From the NCBI GenBank assembly GCA_964629655.1, contig CAZVQU010000002.1, forward strand, positions 460,878 to 524,877: a stretch of DNA of 64,000 nucleotides, read 5' to 3'. The DNA is from an uncultured Planctomycetia bacterium. Its GTDB lineage: Bacteria; Omnitrophota; Gorgyraeia; Duberdicusellales; 4484-171. Shown piece by piece: positions 10,539-20,321 of this stretch (positions are counted from its first letter, which is position 1; each line of letters begins with the position of its first letter). The position numbers were made by a program, and so were the translations under genes. The notes under the pieces are model-generated. The model was not told where the DNA came from. It was given only the letters and a program-made list of their open reading frames with translations, and ran no database searches.

Positions 10539-11831
10539 TTAGGATAATTTAAACCTTTTGTAAATCTTATCTATGTTAGCTAAGTAGGTATAAGGATTGA
10601 AAATCGCTTCGACCTCTGCTTTCTTCAAAAACTTTTTTATTTCTCTGGAAGCTATAGCTTCATCTCTAAAATTTGAACCCTTATTTATAACTCCTAGAGC
10701 CACTTTTTGAACAATATCATAAGCTTTCATTCGCGATAGGCCCTTCTCCATAAGCTTGATAAGTATCTTCTGTGAATAAACAATACCGCGATTGAGTTCG
10801 ATATTCTTCAGCATATTTTTGGGCTTAACCTTTAGATTTTTAATTACTTGTCTAAACTTTTGCAGACTATAATCCACAGCAATTGTTGAATCAGGGATAA
10901 TAACTCTTTCAGCTGATGAATGAGATATGTCCCTCTCATGCCAGAGATTTATATTCTCTGAAGCAACCGTTACATTAGCCCGCAGAAGCCTGGCTAAACC
11001 GCAAAGTCTTTCACAAATGATAGGATTTTGCTTATGAGGCATAGCACTTGAACCTTTCTGTCCCTTATAAAAGGGCTCTTTTACTTCATCAACTTCACTA
11101 CGGTGCAAGTGCCTAAGCTCAGTAGCAAAACGTTCTATGGTGGAACCGATTAAAGAAAGAATAAATAAATAATAAGCAATTCTCTCCCGTGAGACTATCT
11201 GTGTAGAAATATTAGCTCTATTTATACCGATTTTCTTACAGATATAATCTTCAACCTTGGGTTGAAAGTAAGCAAATGTTCCTACTGCGCCTGAGACCTT
11301 ACCGCAGGCAACGTAATTTAAGCTTTCAGTTAGAATCTTACGCTCTTGGTTTAAATCATTGTAAAGATATAAAAATTTAAGACCAAAACTATAGATTTCA
11401 GCATGGACACCGTGAGTCCGGGCCATACAAATGGTATCTTTATACTTGGCCGCCTTCTTCTTAACCTCGCTTAAAACTAAATCAAGATCCCTTAAGATAA
11501 TCTTGGTAGCATCTTTTATCTGCCAAGCTAAAGTTGTATCGAGAAGGTCAGACGAGGTCAAACCTATGTGCAAATACTGGGCTTTATCTTTAAGCTGGCC
11601 GGAGATATGTTTAAGGAAAGCAATGATATCATGGTGGGTCTTCTCTTCAATCTTTCTTATTTTCTGAGGGGAAATCTTTACATTATCAAAGGCCTTGCTT
11701 ACGCCTCGGGGTATTTTCTTTGCCTTTTCTAGAGCTTCACAGAGTAAAGCTTCAATTTTTAGGAAGCGTTTGAACTTCTCGTCATCACTCCAGATCTTAC
11801 CGATTTCACTAGGTGTATACCGCTCTACCAT
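10539..11831 (-). CDS. purB: Adenylosuccinate lyase
   Basis: RTHG.HA, GSSAMPHKQNP, ERDISHS. Confidence 0.98.
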   Translation of the reverse strand: MVERYTPSEIGKIWSDDEKFKRFLKIEALLCEALEKAKKIPRGVSKAFDNVKISPQKIRKIEEKTHHDIIAFLKHISGQLKDKAQYLHIGLTSSDLLDTTLAWQIKDATKIILRDLDLVLSEVKKKAAKYKDTICMARTHGVHAEIYSFGLKFLYLYNDLNQERKILTESLNYVACGKVSGAVGTFAYFQPKVEDYICKKIGINRANISTQIVSRERIAYYLFILSLIGSTIERFATELRHLHRSEVDEVKEPFYKGQKGSSAMPHKQNPIICERLCGLARLLRANVTVASENINLWHERDISHSSAERVIIPDSTIAVDYSLQKFRQVIKNLKVKPKNMLKNIELNRGIVYSQKILIKLMEKGLSRMKAYDIVQKVALGVINKGSNFRDEAIASREIKKFLKKAEVEAIFNPYTYLANIDKIYKRFKLS

Positions 11832-11889
11832 AGGCCTCCTTGTTTAACTCCTTTTACCTCTCACAAATACCCTATCGCTAAGAGCATAC

Positions 11890-11918
11890 ATATTATCAAA
11901 ACATCACCAGAGAGTCAA
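11890..11918 (-). promoter_or_regulatory. Sigma70-type promoter of the pur operon
   Basis: Minus strand TTGACT-N17-TAATAT with extended -10 TG; RBS AAGGAGG before purB. Confidence 0.65.
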
Positions 11919-11928
11919 TTGAAATAGG

Positions 11929-12744
11929 CTATTTTTTCTTGATTTTCGAAAAACTCTCAAGCCTGGTTGGAAATTTGCCCTTTTTTACATCCTGGATAAA
12001 AAGGCTGGTAGCTTTGGCGATATCTCGGGAAAGATCTTTATAAACCCTTACGAATTTAGGCTTTCTTTCCTTATAAAGGCCGAGAAAATCATAGGTAACC
12101 AAGACCTGGCCATCGCAGTATTTTCCTGCACCAATACCAATGGTCGGAATTTTTAAACTCTTGGTAATACGCTTAGCCAATAAGTAAGGAATACACTCTA
12201 AAACTAGGCTGAATACCCCTAAATCTTGGAGCAGTTTAGCCTGCTTGATTAGATTAAGTGCTCCCTGCTCATCCTTGCCCTGGACCTTATAGCCACCTAA
12301 AAGATGCGCGGTTTGAGGGGTGAGACCAATGTGCCCCATAACCGGTATCTTATTCTTAATTAGCTTGCTAACCACATATTGGCAATCTTTGAACCACTCC
12401 ACCTTTACTGCCCGAGCACCACGGCTTATAAATTTAGAAGCAGAGTCAACGCACTTTTTAGGATTTCTTTGATAAGCTGTATAAGGCATATCAGCTACCA
12501 CTAATGCCCTCTTGCTACCTCTGGCTACAGCCTGAGTATGATTAAGCATCTCACTTAGAGCCAGCTTGCGGGTCTCTTTGAGTCCTAAAACTACATTAGC
12601 TAAAGAATCCCCGACCAAAATTATATCAATACCGGAATCATCTAAAATCCTGGCAAAGGAATAATCATAACAGGTAAGCATGGTTACCTTAACTCTGCCT
12701 TTTCTTTTTCTAATATCTTCTACACTTACCTTTCTCATTTTCAT
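11929..12744 (-). CDS. panB: 3-methyl-2-oxobutanoate hydroxymethyltransferase
   Basis: LVGDSL, ADMPY, GHIGLTPQ, IGIGAG..CDGQVLV; start probably ATG 12744 or 12738. Confidence 0.97.
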   Translation of the reverse strand: MKMRKVSVEDIRKRKGRVKVTMLTCYDYSFARILDDSGIDIILVGDSLANVVLGLKETRKLALSEMLNHTQAVARGSKRALVVADMPYTAYQRNPKKCVDSASKFISRGARAVKVEWFKDCQYVVSKLIKNKIPVMGHIGLTPQTAHLLGGYKVQGKDEQGALNLIKQAKLLQDLGVFSLVLECIPYLLAKRITKSLKIPTIGIGAGKYCDGQVLVTYDFLGLYKERKPKFVRVYKDLSRDIAKATSLFIQDVKKGKFPTRLESFSKIKKK

Positions 12745-12745
12745 T

Positions 12746-13723
12746 TTATTTAAAAATATGTATTTTTTTATCTCCACCGATAGAACGAACTAAAAACACT
12801 TTTATTATCGAAGGATTCTTGGAGAGAAATTTCTTTACTCCCTCTAAACCAAGAATCGAAAAAGTAGTAGCCAGACCATCAGCAGTAGTGCAATTTTTGC
12901 TGATTACGCTCACGCTAATAAGGTCATTCTCTACCGGATATCCGCTACGGGGATCAACTAAATGTGAATACTTCTTGCCGTTAAAAGTAAAAAACTGCTC
13001 GTATCCTCCTGAAGTAGCAATCGCCTGATTAATTAACGGTTCTACTCCTAACATTTCTGCCGGAATCTTAGGGTCTTGCAGGCCTACCTCCCAAGGACTT
13101 CCGGAATTCGTGCCTAAACAATAAATATCTCCACCAGCATTAATCAAAGCATTGCTTATACCTTTTTTCTTCAGCTGCGAAATCGCCTTATCTACCATAT
13201 ACCCCTTGGCAATCCCGCTTAAATCAATAGTTAATCCCTTTTTTCTTATTATTACTATTCCCTTCTTAGAATCTACTTCTATTGCCCTGATTCCTCCAGC
13301 TTGCTTTATCTTAGCTATAGCTTCAGGATCAGGAAATTTATTTACCTTACCCCCTCTGATTAACTCCTTCCAGAATTTATAGAGAGAGCCGTAGGTTACA
13401 TCAAAAACTCCTTGGCTTAAATCATAGATATCCTCGCTAAGCTCTAATAGTTCTATTAACTCACCCGAGGCTTTAAACGGCTTATTGAAAGTTCTGTTTA
13501 GGTGAGAAAGCTCGGACCCCTTATCGTATATATTAAAGATCTTATCTAGACGCCTGAATTCTTTATAGACGATCTTTGCCGCTCTTTTATCAGGCGAACT
13601 CACCTCCAAATAAGTACCTGAGATTATAAATTTCCTCTTGGATAAAGGTCGAGTACAACCTATACCGATAAGAATAGAGGCAAAAACTAATACCACAATT
13701 AAACTTGCTACTTTCTTACTCAT
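12746..13723 (-). CDS. apbE: FAD:protein FMN transferase lipoprotein
   Basis: Lipobox GIGC, DLSGIAKGY, NAGGD, ATSG.YE, H..DP.SG, ADGLAT. Confidence 0.95.
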   Translation of the reverse strand: MSKKVASLIVVLVFASILIGIGCTRPLSKRKFIISGTYLEVSSPDKRAAKIVYKEFRRLDKIFNIYDKGSELSHLNRTFNKPFKASGELIELLELSEDIYDLSQGVFDVTYGSLYKFWKELIRGGKVNKFPDPEAIAKIKQAGGIRAIEVDSKKGIVIIRKKGLTIDLSGIAKGYMVDKAISQLKKKGISNALINAGGDIYCLGTNSGSPWEVGLQDPKIPAEMLGVEPLINQAIATSGGYEQFFTFNGKKYSHLVDPRSGYPVENDLISVSVISKNCTTADGLATTFSILGLEGVKKFLSKNPSIIKVFLVRSIGGDKKIHIFK

Positions 13724-13739
13724 TGCTTTTTGACCTTTT

Positions 13740-14171
13740 TTATCGATTTTTTTTATAAGAAGCGGTGGCTTTGTTTTTTACTCCGCCTCGAGAAGTAAAT
13801 TCTCCAACCACCGAAATCTGGTAAGGTTTTAATACCTTTTTTAAATCTTGGAGAATTCTGTTTACGACGTGTTCGTTGTAAATCTTCACATTTCGAAATG
13901 AATAAAGGTAATACTTCAAAGATTTAAGCTCGATGAGCTTGCGATTAGGAGTATATTTTATAGTAAGATTAGCAAAATCAGGAAGACCGGAAAAAGGACA
14001 CAAGCAAGTAAACTCATCGGTAGTCAACTCGGTTGTAATCTTACTTTTAGGATATTGGTAGGCAATAGTCTGCAAAACCGAGGGGTCTAAATCCTTTGGC
14101 CAAGAAATCTTGGCCGTAATTTTCTTTGCTTTCTTCTCTATTGAAGAGGTTTTTCTGTCTTCATAAATCAT
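13740..14171 (-). CDS. queF: NADPH-dependent preQ0 reductase (unimodular type)
   Basis: EFTCLCP.SG.PDF, ELKSLKYY, RGG. Confidence 0.96.
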   Translation of the reverse strand: MIYEDRKTSSIEKKAKKITAKISWPKDLDPSVLQTIAYQYPKSKITTELTTDEFTCLCPFSGLPDFANLTIKYTPNRKLIELKSLKYYLYSFRNVKIYNEHVVNRILQDLKKVLKPYQISVVGEFTSRGGVKNKATASYKKNR

Positions 14172-14177
14172 GGAAAT

Positions 14178-14207
14178 ATTATATCAAATTTACCAATAAT
14201 CCTACAA
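14178..14207 (-). promoter_or_regulatory. Promoter of queF, probably leaderless
   Basis: TTGTAG-N18-TATAAT with extended -10 TG, 6 nt before ATG, no SD. Confidence 0.55.
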
Positions 14208-14966
14208 TTAATATTGAGAAACTAGCTGGGCAGAAGCCGGAAAAAAATCAGAATTAATTAAATCATTAAAATCAAAGTGGTAAGCGAGAAACCTTCCTAA
14301 GATATAAAAAATTTCCTCCTCGCAAGCTCTAGTGACTTTAAGCCGACTGATAAGAGAAAAATCACTCTTCTGGATATAAAGTAAAGAGCGGCAGGCTTGC
14401 TTGGTAATTCGCTTAGCATCGGCTATACTGGGCCGGCAAACTTTACAAATAAGCCCTCCTTTAGCTACGCTAAAAGAAAACTCATCATCAAGGGTCCGCT
14501 GACACTTTAGGCAATGGTTAAACTCCGGCTTAAATCCGGCCAGACTTAAAAACTTTATTAAAAATACATAGAGTATCTTAAAAGCCTGTTCCTGGCTTAA
14601 AGAATCTAAGCAATCTTTGGTCAGATTAAAAATTTGGATATTTTGATCCCATAAAGGCATTGTCTTATCTAGAAGATTAAACAGGAGTGCACCTGCTTTA
14701 GCCTTTGATAAGTCTTTGCTTAGGCAAGAAAAGTCTGAGACTAAGTCGGCCTGGGAAATAAGCCAGATTTCACTCTTTTTAGGGTAAAAAATAAACTCAT
14801 TAAGAGTAAATATATCTAAAGAAGACGAAAACTCCTTCTTGGAACTATAAAAACCCTTGAAGATACCCCTTATCTTACCAAAACGAGAGGTATAAAGAGT
14901 AGTAATGAGACTTGTTTCCCGAAAATTATATCGCTTTAAAACAAACCCTACATCTTTTTCAATCAT
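14208..14966 (-). CDS. recO: DNA repair protein RecO
   Basis: N-terminal OB fold (GFVLKR..FRETSLI..LYT..FGK), C-terminal CxxC...CxxC zinc finger; downstream of ybeY. Confidence 0.92.
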   Translation of the reverse strand: MIEKDVGFVLKRYNFRETSLITTLYTSRFGKIRGIFKGFYSSKKEFSSSLDIFTLNEFIFYPKKSEIWLISQADLVSDFSCLSKDLSKAKAGALLFNLLDKTMPLWDQNIQIFNLTKDCLDSLSQEQAFKILYVFLIKFLSLAGFKPEFNHCLKCQRTLDDEFSFSVAKGGLICKVCRPSIADAKRITKQACRSLLYIQKSDFSLISRLKVTRACEEEIFYILGRFLAYHFDFNDLINSDFFPASAQLVSQY

Positions 14967-15405
14967 CGAAATAACTTACCCTTTTAGAGATATTGTTTAA
15001 AATCCTCTCCTGCTCTTTCTCCATGTCCGCTTTCTTGAGCCTAGTGCGATCGTCATATCCTACTAAATGCAAAATACCATGGATTAGGTAGAGCCTCAAC
15101 TCATCTTGCCACTTACAGCCTAATTTTTTAGCTACCCTCACAGCCTCTTCCACTGAAACTACCACTTCGCCTAAATAATCAGGTTCTAGCTTGTCAGCTA
15201 AGGGGAAGGCTATGACATCAGTAACTGCAGACTTTTTGAAGTATTTTTTGTTCAGTTTCTTTATCAGGGCGTTATCGCATAAAAGAATTGATAGTTCTTT
15301 AGAGTGGATATTGAGAAAGACGAGTATCTTCTTTAAGTATTTATGTAGTTGCTTAAGGTTTACTCTCTTTATTTTTTGCTGATTTGTTAGCTCTATTATT
15401 ATCAT
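14959..15405 (-). CDS. ybeY: rRNA maturation RNase YbeY
   Basis: TDVIAF, LGEV, HGILHLVGYDD (the third His position is Asp). Confidence 0.95.
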   Translation of the reverse strand: MIIIELTNQQKIKRVNLKQLHKYLKKILVFLNIHSKELSILLCDNALIKKLNKKYFKKSAVTDVIAFPLADKLEPDYLGEVVVSVEEAVRVAKKLGCKWQDELRLYLIHGILHLVGYDDRTRLKKADMEKEQERILNNISKRVSYFDD

Positions 15406-16747
15406 CCTTAGGGTAATTTACGCGGGTATGAAAAATGGCATTTAAAATACGGATAAAACTTTGTGTGATTTTCTCCAGCTCCTTTAAGGTGAGGTTACTT
15501 TCGTCTAACTCCCCTTCCATAAATCTCTTCTTAGCTACCTCACGAACCATCTCCTCTATCCTTGAAGGGTTAGGCTCCTCAAGAGTCCTTGATAAAGCCT
15601 CAATAGTATCAGCTAAAGCCACAATGGCTATCTCTTTAATCTGAGGCTTAGGCCCGGGGTAACGATATTCTTCTTCGTGTTTACCTTCGGGCTCCAATTC
15701 TTTCGCTCGTTGATAGAAGTAATAGACCAGGGTCCGACCATGGTGCTGAGATATGAAATCAATTATCTTAGGATTAAGGTGGTGCTTAGATGCCACATCT
15801 ACCCCATCCTTTACATGGTTAAAGATGATTAACCTGCTCATTGATGGTTTTAAATTCTTATGCACGTCTCTATAGTTTACTAAATTCTCGACAAAGTAAT
15901 CAGGCTTGATCATCTTACCGATGTCATGATAATAAGCACCTACCCGAGCTAGAAGAGAGTTAGCGCCAATTGACTCTGCGGCTGCCTCACTTAAATTAGC
16001 CACCACCAATGAATGTTGGTAGGTCCCGGGAGCTTCAAGAATTAACTGACGTAATAAAGGATGGTTAAAGTCAGATAACTCAAGGAGTGAAATATTGGTA
16101 ACGACCTTAAATACATACTCAAAAACCGGTAAGACTCCTAATACGATAAAAGAAGATATAACTCCATTCAAAAGGCAGAGTTTCAATAGATTGAAATCTA
16201 GGCCCGAGAGGACAAAGAAACTTTGCTCCCTCTCCATAAGAAAAGCCACAATGAATTGTATCAGCCCGGCAAAAAAACCAGCCTGGATTACCTGGAATCT
16301 CCTCCTAACTCGATAGGCCAACATCCCGGCAATTAAGGAACCGGCGAAAAGGCTGACCCCTACGTTAAAGTTACCGCCATCTATACTCGCGCTTAGAAAT
16401 GAAATGAAGCAAGCAAAAAGAAAAGAAAACTCTAAGTTGTTAAACAAAAGGGTGATCAGCATCACAAAGCCAATAGCAGCGATTCCATATCCGGATATTT
16501 TGAAAGTAACTGTAGTTAGAAGAGGTACCAGGATTGCTATTGCCCCTAAGATCGAGAGGTCTACGTAGGAAGGCATGTTATCTAATCTTCTGACAAACTT
16601 AGCATAAATAAAGAGAATCAAAGCTATAATCAGAAGAGAGAGATCTATAGCGTAGATGATGAAAATAAAACCTATGATAGCAAAAAATACCAAACCGATA
16701 AATAAATTGCTAGGGCTAACTCCTTTTCCGGCTATAGAAATTTTCAT
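15353..16747 (-). CDS. Multi-TM HDIG phosphohydrolase (PgpH-like cyclic-di-AMP phosphodiesterase family)
   Basis: Hydrophobic N-terminal half; APGTYQHS, YYHDIGK, HHG, YRYPGPKP; directly upstream of ybeY. Confidence 0.88.
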   Translation of the reverse strand: MKISIAGKGVSPSNLFIGLVFFAIIGFIFIIYAIDLSLLIIALILFIYAKFVRRLDNMPSYVDLSILGAIAILVPLLTTVTFKISGYGIAAIGFVMLITLLFNNLEFSFLFACFISFLSASIDGGNFNVGVSLFAGSLIAGMLAYRVRRRFQVIQAGFFAGLIQFIVAFLMEREQSFFVLSGLDFNLLKLCLLNGVISSFIVLGVLPVFEYVFKVVTNISLLELSDFNHPLLRQLILEAPGTYQHSLVVANLSEAAAESIGANSLLARVGAYYHDIGKMIKPDYFVENLVNYRDVHKNLKPSMSRLIIFNHVKDGVDVASKHHLNPKIIDFISQHHGRTLVYYFYQRAKELEPEGKHEEEYRYPGPKPQIKEIAIVALADTIEALSRTLEEPNPSRIEEMVREVAKKRFMEGELDESNLTLKELEKITQSFIRILNAIFHTRVNYPKDDNNRANKSAKNKESKP

Positions 16748-16771
16748 AAGCTTGGATTATTCTTCCTTATA

Positions 16772-17278
16772 TTAATCTAAAGGAAGGATTTTTATTGTAA
16801 CACCTGGATACAGCCTGTCAGGACTCTTCAATACATCTCTGTTGGCCGCGTAAATAAAACCCCACCTTCTTGTTGTTCCGTAAAACTTATAGGAAATCTT
16901 CTGCAAGGTATCCTTCTTCTGGACTACATAGTATTGAGTTTCCATTTTCTCAATCTCTGCTGGCTCTTCTTCTAGAGCTACCTCAACAACTTCTATTTCC
17001 TCAAGCTCAGCCTTTGCCTCTACTGCTTCTTCCTTAACTATCCTTTCCCACACTTTGCCTTCTTTAATCTCGCCGGGACCGAACTCTACCTCAACCACCG
17101 ATACTGTACGGGTATCTCCCAATCTATTCTCTCTAACCTCCTGTTCACACTCTCCGGATAAACAGCCTTGGTTTCCTTCAATTTCAAGGTCTTTGCGAGG
17201 TTCTTGCCTAGTATAAGTTCTCGTTGTTAAACAACCGCTTAAAATAATAACGCCGATTAAAAACCATAACTTCCTCAT
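16772..17278 (-). CDS. LysM-domain lipoprotein
   Basis: Lipobox LSGC, acidic linker, C-terminal YVVQKKDTL.KIS..FYG...W..IY.AN LysM domain. Confidence 0.9.
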   Translation of the reverse strand: MRKLWFLIGVIILSGCLTTRTYTRQEPRKDLEIEGNQGCLSGECEQEVRENRLGDTRTVSVVEVEFGPGEIKEGKVWERIVKEEAVEAKAELEEIEVVEVALEEEPAEIEKMETQYYVVQKKDTLQKISYKFYGTTRRWGFIYAANRDVLKSPDRLYPGVTIKILPLD

Positions 17279-17301
17279 CGCTACCCCCTCTTTTTTCTCC
17301 C

Positions 17302-18687
17302 TTACTCTTCTTCCTCTATTAATTTCAAATATAAGTCTTTTAGCTGGCTCTCCTTAATACAAGAAGGTGCATCGCTAAGAAGACAGCTCCCTTTCTGAGT
17401 TTTAGGAAAAGCAATTACATCCCGGATGCTCTCAGAACCACTTATTATAGCATATATCCTATCAAGACCAAACGCAATCCCGCCATGAGGCGGAACGCCA
17501 TACTTGAATGAACGCAGGAGAAATCCAAACTTCCTCTCAGCCTCTTCCTTGGATATACCCAGGATCTTAAAGATCTCCTCCTGCAAGAGAGCAGAGTGAA
17601 TCCTTATCGAACCACTAGCAATCTCTGCCCCATTTAAAACTAGATCGTAAGAACGGGCTTTTATCTTGGATAAATCCCCCTTTTCTAAATTAGGAATATC
17701 CTCTTCTCGGGGAGATGTAAACGGGTGATGGCAAGATTGCCACCGTTTATCATCCTTATTATATTCAAACAAAGGAAAATCAGTTACCCAGAGAAAACGA
17801 TAATCTCCCTGGCCAACATCGGGCTTATCTGTTTTATACTTGCTTATAGCCTCTTTATGACTTAGGCGCAGAAAAGGTGTTTTTAGTTTTACTCCTAAGC
17901 ATTTAGAAAAAACTTCTGCCATCATATTCTCGACTAAAGAATAAATATCTTCTTCCCCGAGAAAAGATAACTCCATATCCAACTGGGTAAATTCTGGTTG
18001 CCGGTCGCGTCGCAAATCCTCATCACGAAAACAACGTACAATCTGGTAGTATTTATCTATACCACTAACCATTAGAATCTGCTTAAAAAGCTGCGGTGAT
18101 TGGGGCAGGGCATAAAACTTATTCGGCTGTAGCCTTGAAGGAACCAGATAATCCCGGGCTCCTTCGGGTGTAGACTTAGTAAGAAAAGGAGTCTCTATCT
18201 CTAAAAACTCTTGCGAGTTAAGGAAATCTCTAAAACCCTGGTTTAACTTATGGCGTAAGATTAATTTCTGATAAACCGGAGCTCTTCTTAAATCAAGATA
18301 GCGATGGGTTAAACGGATTTCTTCGCCAACCTCTATATCATCCTCAACGTTAAATGGCAAGTCTTGGGCCGGGCTCAAAATATCTAATTCTTGGGCCTCA
18401 ATTTCGATAAGGCCTGTGGAAAGCTTAGGGTTTTCAGTCTTCTTCGGCCGGCGGTTAACTACACCTTTAATCTTTACTACGTCTTCATTTCTTAACTTTT
18501 TTGCCAACTCGTAAGTAGCTGCATTTGGCTTAGGCAAGAAAATTATCTGGGTAAGCCCGTATCTATCTCTTAAATCAATGAAAATAAGTTTACCGTGATC
18601 GCGGCGTGAATCTACCCAACCACACAAAGTTACTTCTTCGCCTATCCTTTCCTCTGTCAACTCACCACAAGTATGTGTTCTTAACAT
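17302..18687 (-). CDS. aspS: Aspartate-tRNA ligase, short form
   Basis: RTHTCG, FIDLRD, ALPQSPQ.FKQ, FRDED.R.DRQPEF, PHGGIAFG.DR. Confidence 0.97.
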   Translation of the reverse strand: MLRTHTCGELTEERIGEEVTLCGWVDSRRDHGKLIFIDLRDRYGLTQIIFLPKPNAATYELAKKLRNEDVVKIKGVVNRRPKKTENPKLSTGLIEIEAQELDILSPAQDLPFNVEDDIEVGEEIRLTHRYLDLRRAPVYQKLILRHKLNQGFRDFLNSQEFLEIETPFLTKSTPEGARDYLVPSRLQPNKFYALPQSPQLFKQILMVSGIDKYYQIVRCFRDEDLRRDRQPEFTQLDMELSFLGEEDIYSLVENMMAEVFSKCLGVKLKTPFLRLSHKEAISKYKTDKPDVGQGDYRFLWVTDFPLFEYNKDDKRWQSCHHPFTSPREEDIPNLEKGDLSKIKARSYDLVLNGAEIASGSIRIHSALLQEEIFKILGISKEEAERKFGFLLRSFKYGVPPHGGIAFGLDRIYAIISGSESIRDVIAFPKTQKGSCLLSDAPSCIKESQLKDLYLKLIEEEE

Positions 18688-18700
18688 TAGTCACTGCTCC

Positions 18701-19951
18701 TTAAACTTTAATTAGTTTTTTTACCTCTAAAACCAGATCCTCTCTCTTTATCTTCTCCTGAGTAGAATTATCCATATCTTTAATGAGCAATGCATTCTCC
18801 CTTACTTCATCCTCACCTAAGATCACTACCACCCGCGAACCTTTTTTCTGGGCAGAACGCATCTGACCTTTTAAAGACTTAGCACAATAATCAAGGTCAC
18901 AAGATAACCCCTCGGCCCTTAGCTGGTTCAAAATAGCAACTCCCAAAGTAAGAAGCTCTTGATTAGTTACGGCTATGAAAACATCTAATTTTTCTTCTTT
19001 TCTCCCTTCTCCCAAGCTAAGAAGTATTCTTTCTAGACCCAAAGCAAAACCTATAGCCGGGATATCCGGACCGCCAAGACATTTAATCAAATTATTATAC
19101 CTGCCGCCGGCACCAATTGCATCTTGGGAACCTAATTTTTCTGAAACAATCTCAAAAACAGTATTAGTATAGTAATCAAGGCCTCTAACCATATATGGAG
19201 AATAAGTATACTTAATGCCTAAATCACCAAGTAATGCAAGCAAACTTTTGAATTTACTCTGGCAAGCACTGCAAATATGCTCTTTTTCTAGGTTTGAGGC
19301 AATGACTTGTTTCCAGCATTGTTCTTTCTTGCAATCTAAAACTCTTAAAGGATTCTTCTCTAATCTCTTCTGACAATCATCACAGAGCTTATTCTTTCTG
19401 GAAGCTAAGTTTTCCTTAAGGTATTGAGAAAACTTTACCTTATCCTCGAGGCAACCAAGAGTATTTATCTTAAGCTCTTTCCTGCCAATACCAACCTTAT
19501 CTAAAATCTCTAGAGCCAGAGCAATCATCTCAGCATCAAGATGAAAACTATCTGAACCTATAGCTTCAGCTCCCAGATGATGAAATTGACGCAACCTCCC
19601 CTTCTGAGGCCTCTCTCCTCGAAACATCGCTCCGCTATAAAAAAACTTATGAAAATCACTACTCTTATAAAGTGAATTTTGAAGGTAATACCTTATTACC
19701 TGAGCTGTTCCTTCAGGGCGAAGTACTATATCCTTGCCTTCAATTTTAAACATCTGCCGCTCTACGATATCAGTGGCTTCGCCTACACCTTCGATAAATA
19801 AATCCTTCTCCTCCAAAATAGGCAGGATGATCTCTTTATAGTTAAAAACTTTGAAAATACCTTTTGCCTTCTCGGTTATTTCTCCAAAGGCTAAGCTACT
19901 ACAAGGATCAAGGTCAGACATTCCACGAATACTAGAGTAAATCTTTTTCAC
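18701..19951 (-). CDS. hisS: Histidine-tRNA ligase
   Basis: LRPEGTA, FR.ERPQKGR.RQF, VRGLDYY, GGRY. Confidence 0.98.
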   Translation of the reverse strand: MKKIYSSIRGMSDLDPCSSLAFGEITEKAKGIFKVFNYKEIILPILEEKDLFIEGVGEATDIVERQMFKIEGKDIVLRPEGTAQVIRYYLQNSLYKSSDFHKFFYSGAMFRGERPQKGRLRQFHHLGAEAIGSDSFHLDAEMIALALEILDKVGIGRKELKINTLGCLEDKVKFSQYLKENLASRKNKLCDDCQKRLEKNPLRVLDCKKEQCWKQVIASNLEKEHICSACQSKFKSLLALLGDLGIKYTYSPYMVRGLDYYTNTVFEIVSEKLGSQDAIGAGGRYNNLIKCLGGPDIPAIGFALGLERILLSLGEGRKEEKLDVFIAVTNQELLTLGVAILNQLRAEGLSCDLDYCAKSLKGQMRSAQKKGSRVVVILGEDEVRENALLIKDMDNSTQEKIKREDLVLEVKKLIKV

Positions 19952-20025
19952 TCTACATTTCCTCCTGTTAATTTTAGGCGAGTTAGCTTTAAGGGGAAGA
20001 TGGGGTTCATCCTAAACAGCTGAGG

Positions 20026-20298
20026 CTATTTTATGTTCTTCTTCATCTCCAGGCCAGGCTTAAAAACAACGGTACGTCTCTCAGGAACAGGCACGACTTC
20101 GCCAGTTTTGGGATTTCTGCCAATTCTTTTTTTTCTCTTTTTAACCTGAAATACCCCAAAATTCCTAAGTTCGATTCTTTTGCCAGCCTTTAAAGACTCG
20201 TATATAGCATCAAATGTCCGTTGTACAACCTCTTTAACCACGACCTGCTTTATCTGGGTGTCCTGGCTAATTTTTAGAACTATATCTCTCTTTCTCAT
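20026..20298 (-). CDS. HU/IHF-family DNA-binding protein
   Basis: IELRNFGVF, GRNPKTGE, VVFKPG. Confidence 0.96.
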   Translation of the reverse strand: MRKRDIVLKISQDTQIKQVVVKEVVQRTFDAIYESLKAGKRIELRNFGVFQVKKRKKRIGRNPKTGEVVPVPERRTVVFKPGLEMKKNIK

Positions 20299-20321
20299 AT
20301 TTTAAGTCTATCACCGCCAAA

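Noticed and set aside
11832-11928. Purine or ZTP riboswitch upstream of purB
   Set aside because: The leader is about 50 nt with no recognisable aptamer or terminator
14172-14207. preQ1 riboswitch upstream of queF
   Set aside because: Only 36 nt of spacer, fully occupied by promoter elements
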